From contig JBCCGJ010000001.1 of the NCBI GenBank assembly GCA_039029335.1, positions 1 through 60,668 of the forward strand: DNA of 60,668 bases, written 5' to 3'. Source of the stretch: Actinomycetota bacterium (GTDB taxonomy: Bacteria; Actinomycetota; Acidimicrobiia; Acidimicrobiales; SZUA-35). Position 1 is the stretch's first letter; each line of letters begins with the position of its first letter. This document shows positions 32,197 to 39,226 of the stretch, one piece after another. The notes beneath the pieces were generated by a model, which made no database searches, was not told the origin of the DNA, and saw nothing but the letters and a program-made list of their open reading frames with translations. The translations under genes were made by a program, and so were the position numbers.

Positions 32197-33108
32197 ATGC
32201 CGAACAGTGAACCGTTGACGTACAACGATGCGATCTCCCGAGGTGAGGTGCAACCGATCATCCTGTTCGGGGCACCGCGCTCCGGCACCCAGATGTATCG
32301 GGACATGATCTGCAGCCACCCCGATGTGGCCACGTGGCCGTACAACGAGATGACCTACATGTGGCGGTACGGCAACCGGAACCACCCCACGGATGAGATC
32401 CCGGTCGAGAAGCTGACCCGGAAGAGCGCCCGATACATCCGCAACTCCTTCATCAAGCTGTCGGAGAAGACCGGCAGCCCGATGGTGCTGGACAAGACCT
32501 GCCACAACTGTCTCCGCCCGGAGTACGTCCAGGCGGTGCTGCCGGAGGCGAAGTACATCTACCTGGTCCGTCACGCAATGGACGTTGTGCCGTCGACGAT
32601 CAAGCGGTCGGAGCATCCACCGCCGGCTCAGGAGTTCACCCGGATCAAGTCGATGCCGCTGGCCGACGTGGGGTACTACGTGGCCAGGGCGGCGTGGAAC
32701 CACGGCGGGCTGCTCCGCCCGGGGAACAGCCAGGCCAGGATCTGGGGGCCGCGCTTCACCGGAATGGAGGAGCTGGCGGCCACCCGGCCGATGCCGGAGG
32801 TCTACGCTTATCAGTGGCTCCGCCACATCGAGCTGACGGACCGGTTCCTCAACGACCCGGCATTCGACGCCCCGCTCCTTCGGGTCCGGTACGAGGAGAT
32901 CACCAAGCACCCCCGGGAGGCGTTCGAGGAGGTCTACGGATTCCTCGGGATCTCGGTTCCTGAGGCGGTGGTCGAGGAGTGGATCGGCAAGGTCAACTAC
33001 CGTGAGCCGGGCTCCGGCGCCGGATCGCTCGGCGAGCACGAGGCCGCAGTGGAGGCCATCGTCGCCGAGAAGAACGGCGAACACGGGTACCAGTCGACGT
33101 CCGCCTAG
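32197..33108 (+). CDS. PAPS-dependent sulfotransferase
   Basis: 5'-PSB loop FGAPRSGTQ (about 32275-32289) and 3'-PB motif YLVRHAMDVVPS (RxxxDxxxS). ATG follows a GGAGGG RBS with a 6-nt spacer. Confidence 0.8.
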   Translation: MPNSEPLTYNDAISRGEVQPIILFGAPRSGTQMYRDMICSHPDVATWPYNEMTYMWRYGNRNHPTDEIPVEKLTRKSARYIRNSFIKLSEKTGSPMVLDKTCHNCLRPEYVQAVLPEAKYIYLVRHAMDVVPSTIKRSEHPPPAQEFTRIKSMPLADVGYYVARAAWNHGGLLRPGNSQARIWGPRFTGMEELAATRPMPEVYAYQWLRHIELTDRFLNDPAFDAPLLRVRYEEITKHPREAFEEVYGFLGISVPEAVVEEWIGKVNYREPGSGAGSLGEHEAAVEAIVAEKNGEHGYQSTSA

Positions 33109-33127
33109 GCCACTCCGGCACGCCGAC

Positions 33128-33156
33128 CGGGTCGATTCATCGACCCGATTTGAGTT
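33128..33156 (+). terminator. Probable intrinsic terminator after the sulfotransferase gene
   Basis: CGGGTCGA ttca TCGACCCG (8-bp stem) followed by ATTTGAGTT. It lies 20 nt after the stop codon and closes the plus-strand glycan operon. Confidence 0.55.
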
Positions 33157-33159
33157 GGG

Positions 33160-33177
33160 TCTAACAGATCTGTTAGA
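33160..33177. promoter_or_regulatory. Perfect 18-bp palindrome TCTAACAGATCTGTTAGA; candidate TetR operator
   Basis: It lies 65 nt upstream of the TetR-family gene's ATG (33242) and is AT-richer than the surrounding sequence. TetR-family dimers typically bind palindromes of this size. Confidence 0.4.
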
Positions 33178-33241
33178 ACGACTAAGTGAGTAGATCGATC
33201 GCCCAGCCGGTGTTTGGACGGATGTTACCCGTCAACGCAGG

Positions 33242-33829
33242 ATGACCACCGAACCGCTCAGTTCGGAGCTGGTGATCAAAACCGCGGCGATGATCGCCGA
33301 TGACGAGGGTATCGACGCGCTCACCCTTACCACGGTGGCAAAACGTCTGGGCACGTCTCAGCCCGCTCTCTATCGCCATGTGGAGAGCTACGACGACCTG
33401 ATCCGCTCGCTGGGACTGCAGGGCCGGGAGATGCTGGCTCAGCGGCTGACCGAGTCGGCCGTCGGCGTGGCCCGAGAGGACGCGGTCCGGGCCGTCGGCC
33501 TGGCCTGGCGCAAGATGGTGGCCGAACACCCCGGGTTGTACGCCGCCACCGACCGGTACCCGTGCGCCGGAGATCCGGAGTTGGAGGCTGCGGTCGACCG
33601 GGTCATCCGGACGCTCCAGATGTCGCTCGCCGGGTTCGACCTCTCTGAGGATCAGGAGGTCCATGTTGCCAGGACCATGCGCAGCGCGTTCCACGGGTTC
33701 AGCCACCTGGAGGCCGGGGACGGGCATCCGTTGGAGCAGGACCTCGACGACTCGTTCGACCAGCTCATCGAGCTGCTCTGCCGGGGAATCCGCGCTGCCG
33801 GCCTGGACACGGCGGGTGGCCGGGATTGA
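33242..33829 (+). CDS. TetR/AcrR-family transcriptional regulator (WHG-type C-terminal domain)
   Basis: HTH motif LTLTTVAKRLGTSQPALYRHV. C-terminal FHGFSHLE (a WHG-like motif). Confidence 0.85.
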   Translation: MTTEPLSSELVIKTAAMIADDEGIDALTLTTVAKRLGTSQPALYRHVESYDDLIRSLGLQGREMLAQRLTESAVGVAREDAVRAVGLAWRKMVAEHPGLYAATDRYPCAGDPELEAAVDRVIRTLQMSLAGFDLSEDQEVHVARTMRSAFHGFSHLEAGDGHPLEQDLDDSFDQLIELLCRGIRAAGLDTAGGRD

Positions 33830-33942
33830 GCCCGTTCGCTGGGACCGTTGAGCCCTACGGCTGTGACGGTTGAGCCCTCCGGGCTGTGACACTTGAGCCC
33901 TCCGGGCTGTGACACTTGAGCCCTCCGGGCTCGGGTAGACAC
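33826..33942 (+). repeat. Five head-to-tail 22-23 bp repeats (TTGAGCCCTCCGGGCTGTGACAC consensus), each containing a short hairpin AGCCC-TCC-GGGCT
   Basis: Units start at 33826, 33848, 33870, 33893 and 33916. Units 3 and 4 are identical. The array begins inside the TetR stop codon and ends about 30 nt before the next ATG. Confidence 0.85.
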
Positions 33943-33972
33943 TCTTACTGTCCAGTTATAGGGTCTTAGCCA
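33936..33972 (+). promoter_or_regulatory. Candidate promoter giving a leaderless transcript for the Xsc-like gene
   Basis: TAGACA (33936-33941), a 17-nt spacer, TAGGGT (33959-33964), then 7 nt to the A of the ATG at 33972. There is no Shine-Dalgarno sequence upstream of that ATG. Confidence 0.3.
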
Positions 33973-35738
33973 TGACCCGAATGACACCCAGTGAAGCCTT
34001 CGTAGAAACCCTTGTCGCCAATGGCGTGACGGATGCGTTCGGCATCATGGGGTCGGCCTTCATGGACGCCATGGACATCTTCGCTCCGGCCGGCATCCGA
34101 CTCATTCCGGTTGTCCATGAGCAGGGTGCGGCTCACATGGCCGACGGGTACGCCCGGGTCTCCGGCCGCCACGGCATGGTCATCGGCCAGAACGGTCCTG
34201 GCATCTCCAACTGCGTCACGGCGATCGCCGCTGCGTTCTGGGCCCATACCCCGGTTGTCATTGTCACGCCGGAGACGGGCACCATGGGCATCGGCCTCGG
34301 CGGGTTCCAGGAGGCCAACCAGCTCCCGATGTTCCAGGAGTTCGTCAAGTACCAGGGTCACGTCAACAACGAGAACCGCATGGCGGAGCTCACCGCCCGC
34401 TGCTTCGACCGGGCGATGTCGGAGATGGGCCCCACCCAGCTGAACATCCCCCGGGACCGGTTCTACGGCGACATCGACGTTGAGATCCCGGAGCCGATGC
34501 GGCTTGATCGGGGGCCCGGCGGTGAGGACAGCCTCAACGCCGCGGCGGACATGCTGGCCGAGGCGGAGTTCCCGGTCCTGCTCAGCGGCGGTGGCGTTGT
34601 CATGGGTGACGCCCTTGACGAGTGTGTGGCCCTCGCCGAGCGGCTCGGCTGCCCGGTGGTCAACAGCTACCTCCACAACGATTCGTTCCCCGCAAGCCAC
34701 CCCCAGTGGTGCGGTCCGCTCGGCTACCAGGGGTCGAAGGCGGCGATGAAGCTGATCAGCCAGGCCGACGTTGTGCTGGCCCTCGGTACCCGGCTCGGGC
34801 CGTTCGGCACCCTGCCCCAGCACGACATGGACTACTGGCCGAAGGACGCCAAGATCATCCAGGTCGACGCGGATCACAAGATGCTCGGCCTGGTCAAGAA
34901 GATCTCCGTGGGGATCTGCGGGGACGCAGGAGCGGCTGCGGTCGCGCTGACCAAGCGGCTGGAGGGTCGGGAGCTGCGCTGTGATGCCACCCGCGAAGCC
35001 CGGGCGGCTAAGACGGCCGACGAGAAGCAGATTTGGGAAGCCGAGCTGGACGAGTGGATCCACGAGAAGGACGATTTCTCGCTGGACGCCATCGCCGAGG
35101 CGGCCGATATGCCCGGTGACTGGCTCCATCCCCGACAGGTCCTCCGGGAGCTGGAGAAGGCCATGCCGGCCCGGGTCATGGTCTCCACCGACATCGGCAA
35201 CATCAACTCGGTCGCCAACTCCTACCTCCGTTTCGAGGAGGGCCGCAGCTTCCTGGCCCCGATGAGCTGGGGCAACTGCGGGTACGCCCTGCCAACCATC
35301 ATCGGCGCAAAGTGCGCCGCCCCGGATCGCCCGGCCGTGGCCTACGCCGGCGACGGCGCCTGGGCCATGTCCATGTCGGAGCTGATGACCGCGGTCCGCC
35401 ACGACATCCCGGTCACAGCGGTGGTGTTCCACAACCGGCAGTGGGGTGCGGAGAAGAAAAACCAGGTGGACTTCTACGGCCGTCGGTTTGTCGCCGGTGA
35501 GCTGGAGGGCGGCGAGAACTACAGCGAGATCGCCAGGTCAATGGGCGCAGAAGGGGTCCGGGTGGACAAGCTGGACAACGTCGGTGCCGCCCTCACGGAC
35601 GCCATTGACGCCCAGATGAACGAAGGCAAAACCACCGTCATCGAGATCATGTGCACCCAGGAGTTGGGGGACCCGTTCCGCAAGGACGCCCTGTCAAAGC
35701 CGGTCCGTTATCTGGACAAGTACAAGGACTATGTGTAG
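33972..35738 (+). CDS. xsc: ThDP-dependent enzyme, most likely sulfoacetaldehyde acetyltransferase (Xsc)
   Basis: 588 aa with the ThDP fold (GQNGPGISN; ThDP-binding GDGAWAMSMSELMTAV...NRQWGAEKKNQ). The C-terminal QELGDPFRKDALSKPVRYLDKYKDYV matches my recollection of Xsc signatures rather than those of acetolactate synthase. The subfamily call is from memory only. Confidence 0.65.
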   Translation: MTRMTPSEAFVETLVANGVTDAFGIMGSAFMDAMDIFAPAGIRLIPVVHEQGAAHMADGYARVSGRHGMVIGQNGPGISNCVTAIAAAFWAHTPVVIVTPETGTMGIGLGGFQEANQLPMFQEFVKYQGHVNNENRMAELTARCFDRAMSEMGPTQLNIPRDRFYGDIDVEIPEPMRLDRGPGGEDSLNAAADMLAEAEFPVLLSGGGVVMGDALDECVALAERLGCPVVNSYLHNDSFPASHPQWCGPLGYQGSKAAMKLISQADVVLALGTRLGPFGTLPQHDMDYWPKDAKIIQVDADHKMLGLVKKISVGICGDAGAAAVALTKRLEGRELRCDATREARAAKTADEKQIWEAELDEWIHEKDDFSLDAIAEAADMPGDWLHPRQVLRELEKAMPARVMVSTDIGNINSVANSYLRFEEGRSFLAPMSWGNCGYALPTIIGAKCAAPDRPAVAYAGDGAWAMSMSELMTAVRHDIPVTAVVFHNRQWGAEKKNQVDFYGRRFVAGELEGGENYSEIARSMGAEGVRVDKLDNVGAALTDAIDAQMNEGKTTVIEIMCTQELGDPFRKDALSKPVRYLDKYKDYV

Positions 35739-35757
35739 GCGCTCGGAGGGCGCCTAC
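35735..35757 (+). terminator. Stem-loop overlapping the xsc stop codon (GTAGGCGC-tcggagg-GCGCCTAC)
   Basis: 8-bp perfect stem with no U-tract. A second, 10-bp inverted repeat follows: CGCATTCGCA (35761-35770) and TGCGAATGCG (35797-35806). Confidence 0.35.
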
Positions 35758-35824
35758 CTACGCATTCGCACCGCTCGGTTGTGTCATCGCTCGGTCTGCG
35801 AATGCGGTGTAACCGTTGGTGTTC

Positions 35825-36751
35825 ATGAGTGAGTTGACTGCAGCGTCCGAGTTGTTCGGGTTGGAGACCGACCTCAAGGTCTCGGTCCTCGGTGACGCCG
35901 GGGAGCTGGCCGATCATGTGCCGGCGGTGGACCCGGCCTACCACTTCGACCGGGAAACCACCCTGGCCGTCCTGTCGGGCTTCGAGCACAACCGACGGGT
36001 TCTGGTGCAGGGGGCTCACGGCTCGGGCAAGTCGACCCACATCGAACAGGTGGCGGCCAGGCTCAACTGGCCGTGCCTACGGATCAACCTGGACGGCCAG
36101 ATCTCCCGGATGGAGCTGGTCGGGCGGGATGCCATCGTCGTCCGGGACGGGGTCCAGGTCACGGAGTTCGCCGAGGGTCTGCTGCCGTGGGCCTTGCAGC
36201 GCCCGGTCGCCCTGGTCTTCGACGAGTATGACGCCGGCCGGCCGGATGTCATGTTTGTCATCCAGCGGCTGCTGGAACGGGACGGCCGGTTCACCCTGCT
36301 GGACCAGAACCGGGTCATCACCCCCCACCCTCAATTCAGGATTTTTGCAACGGCGAACACCGTCGGTCTTGGTGACGCCACCGGGCTGTACCGGGGGGCA
36401 CAGATTCTCAACCAGGCGCAGCTCGACCGATGGAGCGTGGTGGCCAGGCTGGACTACCTTGACCCGGCGGCGGAGCAGACGGTTGTCCTCGGCCAGGTCC
36501 CGGCCTTCGCCGAGCGGGCAGACGCCGCGGAACTGGTGGCCAAGATGGTGGCGGTCGCCGCGATGACCAGGACCGGGTTCGCCGCCGGTGACCTCTCCAC
36601 CGTCATGTCCCCCCGGACCGTGATCAGCTGGGCGGAGAACACCGTCACCTTCGGCGATGTCGACACCGCGTTCCGCCTCACCTTCGCCAACAAGTGCGAC
36701 GACGCCGAGCGGCCGGTGGTCGAGGAGTACCTGCAGCGGGCGTTCGGCTGA
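35825..36751 (+). CDS. cobS: Aerobic cobaltochelatase subunit CobS (AAA+ MoxR-like ATPase)
   Basis: [52 protein letters not shown] and [14 protein letters not shown] are near-verbatim CobS signature blocks as I remember them. ATG at 35825; alternative starts are a TTG at 35816 and a GTG at 35819. Confidence 0.9.
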   Translation: MSELTAASELFGLETDLKVSVLGDAGELADHVPAVDPAYHFDRETTLAVLSGFEHNRRVLVQGAHGSGKSTHIEQVAARLNWPCLRINLDGQISRMELVGRDAIVVRDGVQVTEFAEGLLPWALQRPVALVFDEYDAGRPDVMFVIQRLLERDGRFTLLDQNRVITPHPQFRIFATANTVGLGDATGLYRGAQILNQAQLDRWSVVARLDYLDPAAEQTVVLGQVPAFAERADAAELVAKMVAVAAMTRTGFAAGDLSTVMSPRTVISWAENTVTFGDVDTAFRLTFANKCDDAERPVVEEYLQRAFG

Positions 36752-36767
36752 CGCCGGCCGCGGTACG

Positions 36768-38480
36768 GTGACCGGGACCGGAGGACTCGTGGCTGCCGAG
36801 GCATCAAGCCGGCGAACGGACCGACTGGCCGCCGCCGGCCTTCGGGCGGTGGCCGGCGATCCTCGGGCGGAGCTTCGGGGCAAGCGGGTCACGGTCGGCG
36901 ATCGGCCGGTTGTGGTGGTCGTCCCCTATCTGGCCCTTACGGTCGCTGGTGAGGCGGTGGCGCCGGAGGACAGGCGAGGCATCGTCGACGGCCTCGGTCT
37001 GCGGGTTCGCCACAGCGATCCGGAGCTGCACCGCCGGCTCAGCCCGGAGCCGTTGTTGGAGCGAATCGTCTTCGACATCGCTGAGCAGTTCCGCTGCGAG
37101 AGTCTGGTCGATCCCACGCTGACCGGCGTTGTGGCCAATACGACAGAGGCGTTCGACCGGTGGAGCGACCAGGCCAGAGCAAACCGCATCGCCGAAACCG
37201 GTGTCGGTCTGCTGGTCTACACGATCACCCACATGCTGCGGGCTCGCCTGCTCAAGCGGCCGACAACGGAAGCGGTTGACGAGATCATCGAAGGCACCCG
37301 GGCCAACCTGGCCCGCCTGGTCGGCCACGGTCTGGGTCAACTGACCACTACCGCCCACTCCCAGGAGCTCTTTGCCGTCCCGGCGGCCGAGATCGCCCGG
37401 TTGTTGGCCGAGATGGTGGAGGACGCGGCAGAGGCGCTCGAGGATGCGCCGGAGGCCGTCACGGCCAACACGCTGCTGGCGTCATTGGACTGGGACCTGA
37501 TCGAGGAGTTGGCCGCACACGCCGAGGACGCCCGGGATCCGGCGGAGCCGGACGCCGACTACCGGGTGTTCACCACCGCCTATGACCGGGAGGTCTCGGC
37601 GGAGGCCCTCTACCGGGCGGAGGCGCTTCGCGGGCTCCGGGCCGATCTGGAGGGGCATCGGGCCGATCAGGCCGTGAGCGTCACCCGGCTGACCCAGCGA
37701 CTGCGAGCACTGTTCGCCACGTGGCGGGATGACGGCTGGCTCGGCGCAACCGAGGACGGCGTCCTGGACCCCGCTCGGCTTGCCCAGGTGGTGGCCGACC
37801 CGACAAACCGGCTGGTCCACCGTCATCCCCGGTCCCAACCCACCGGCGACGCAGCCGTGACGTTTCTTATCGACACCTCGGGTTCGATGCGGGCCCAGCG
37901 GTACGAGTCGGTGGCCGTTCTGGTGGACACCCTGGTCCGGTCCCTCGAAGCAGCCGGTGTGGTGAGCGAAGTACTCGGGTTCACCACCGGGGCGTGGGCC
38001 GGCGGCCGAGCGGCGGCCGACTGGCGGGCCCAGGGGTCGCAGGCGAATCCCGGCAGGCTCAACGAGGTTCAGCATGTCATCTACAAGGACTTCGAGCGGA
38101 CGTGGCGCCAGGCCCGGTTCGGAATCGCGGCCATGTTACGGACCGACCATTATCGGGAGGGCATCGACGGTGAAGCGCTGATCTGGGCCCATCGTCGTCT
38201 TGTCCGCCGACCGGAGCGACGCCGGGTGCTGGTCATCATCTCCGACGGTCACCCGATGGATGCCGCTACGGCGAACAACAACCGGGACGGGTTCCTCGCT
38301 GACCACCTCCGGGCGGTGGCGTCCCGTATCGAGGCGGATGGCGCGGTGGCCCTGGGGGCTATCGGTATCGACGACCAGCTCGATGCGTACATCGGGGCGT
38401 CCGTCTCGCTCGACCTGGACGGCACGCTGACCATCGGCTCCTACGACGTGCTGCACCGTCTGTTCGGCTCAATCGGATAA
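36768..38480 (+). CDS. cobT: Cobaltochelatase subunit CobT (C-terminal vWA domain)
   Basis: N-terminal LRAVAGDPRAELR... CobT-like region. C-terminal vWA domain with MIDAS motif VTFLIDTSGSM. It immediately follows cobS. The start is uncertain: a GTG at 36768 or 36789. The longest ORF, from 36657, would overlap cobS. Confidence 0.8.
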   Translation: MTGTGGLVAAEASSRRTDRLAAAGLRAVAGDPRAELRGKRVTVGDRPVVVVVPYLALTVAGEAVAPEDRRGIVDGLGLRVRHSDPELHRRLSPEPLLERIVFDIAEQFRCESLVDPTLTGVVANTTEAFDRWSDQARANRIAETGVGLLVYTITHMLRARLLKRPTTEAVDEIIEGTRANLARLVGHGLGQLTTTAHSQELFAVPAAEIARLLAEMVEDAAEALEDAPEAVTANTLLASLDWDLIEELAAHAEDARDPAEPDADYRVFTTAYDREVSAEALYRAEALRGLRADLEGHRADQAVSVTRLTQRLRALFATWRDDGWLGATEDGVLDPARLAQVVADPTNRLVHRHPRSQPTGDAAVTFLIDTSGSMRAQRYESVAVLVDTLVRSLEAAGVVSEVLGFTTGAWAGGRAAADWRAQGSQANPGRLNEVQHVIYKDFERTWRQARFGIAAMLRTDHYREGIDGEALIWAHRRLVRRPERRRVLVIISDGHPMDAATANNNRDGFLADHLRAVASRIEADGAVALGAIGIDDQLDAYIGASVSLDLDGTLTIGSYDVLHRLFGSIG

Positions 38481-38594
38481 CCCGGCCGGGCCTGTGGCGG
38501 GTGTTGTATGGCGGGTCCCGGGTCTGTCGGGCGATGTGTCGCGGGCCTGCCGGGCGGCGGGTCTGTACGGGCGATAGGGAGCGTCGTCCGCGGG

Positions 38595-39146
38595 TCAGCG
38601 CAGGCCGACCGAGTCCGTCCGCCAGAAGGCGTCCGGGTAGACCAGGCGGCCCGACAGACCGTCGGGGAGGTCGCCGAGCGGCCGCACCTGAAAGGCCGGG
38701 TCGGGGATGCGGTCCGACGGTTTCACAAACCCCAGCTCCGCCCCCGGACGGAACCCGAACCGGGGGTAGTAGGCCGGGCTTCCCTCGAGGAACACCACCG
38801 GTTCCGGGCGGTCCCGCAGAAGCGGCAGCGTCTCGGTGATCAACCGACCGCCGATGCCTCGGCCGTGCAGATCCCGACGGACCCCGATGGGACTCAGCAC
38901 CAGCACGTCCACCAACGCCGCCGGGGCGTCGACGATCGCCGAGGTGTACAGCACATGGCCGACGATCTCACCGTCCAGCTCGGCCACAAACGACAGCTCG
39001 TCCCGCCAGCACCACGACTCCCGGAGGGCATCCAGCAGCACGCCGATGTCGGCGTCGTCGAACGCCTCGATCGAAACGGCCCGCATCGTCGGGTACTCCT
39101 CGGCCCGCATTGTCCGAACGGTCACGGGCGGTTTGTCCTGACTCAT
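38595..39146 (-). CDS. GNAT-family N-acetyltransferase
   Basis: 183 aa. The acetyl-CoA site is VRRDLHGRGIGGRLI (Q/RxxGxG/A), with a C-terminal YYPRFGF. Confidence 0.8.
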   Translation of the reverse strand: MSQDKPPVTVRTMRAEEYPTMRAVSIEAFDDADIGVLLDALRESWCWRDELSFVAELDGEIVGHVLYTSAIVDAPAALVDVLVLSPIGVRRDLHGRGIGGRLITETLPLLRDRPEPVVFLEGSPAYYPRFGFRPGAELGFVKPSDRIPDPAFQVRPLGDLPDGLSGRLVYPDAFWRTDSVGLR

Positions 39147-39226
39147 AACCCCCGAGTCTGTCCCGTGAACACCTCGCCCGCCGGGAATTTCCGTCGATGG
39201 GTCCAGACCGGCCGGCGGTGCGGCGG

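Noticed and set aside
1-33108. The island considered as a mobile element, genomic island or prophage
   Set aside because: There is no integrase, transposase, flanking tRNA or direct repeats. I also see no obvious shift in GC content or codon usage relative to the right half of the window. It looks like a resident, though accessory, envelope locus.
33826-33942. The tandem repeat array considered as a CRISPR
   Set aside because: The units are contiguous (22-23 bp period) with no unique spacers. There are only five copies, and no cas genes lie in the window.
32197-35738. A functional link between the sulfotransferase and the Xsc-like sulfoacetaldehyde enzyme (a sulfur theme)
   Set aside because: They are separated by a terminator hairpin and a TetR gene with its own operator. 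The chemistries are also unrelated: sulfate-ester formation from PAPS versus C-S cleavage of a sulfonate. They are kept as separate observations.
35739-35824. A cobalamin riboswitch upstream of cobS
   Set aside because: The spacer is only about 85 nt, whereas B12 riboswitches are roughly 200 nt. I could not find a B12-box-like element, so it is reported only as stem-loops.
35825-38480. The AAA+ MoxR-like ATPase plus vWA protein pair considered as a possible novel NTPase/vWA conflict (defence) system
   Set aside because: The ATPase carries long blocks that match my recollection of canonical CobS almost verbatim ([43 protein letters not shown]). The partner has the CobT N-terminal region plus a MIDAS vWA domain. 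Ordinary cobaltochelatase subunits are the parsimonious call.
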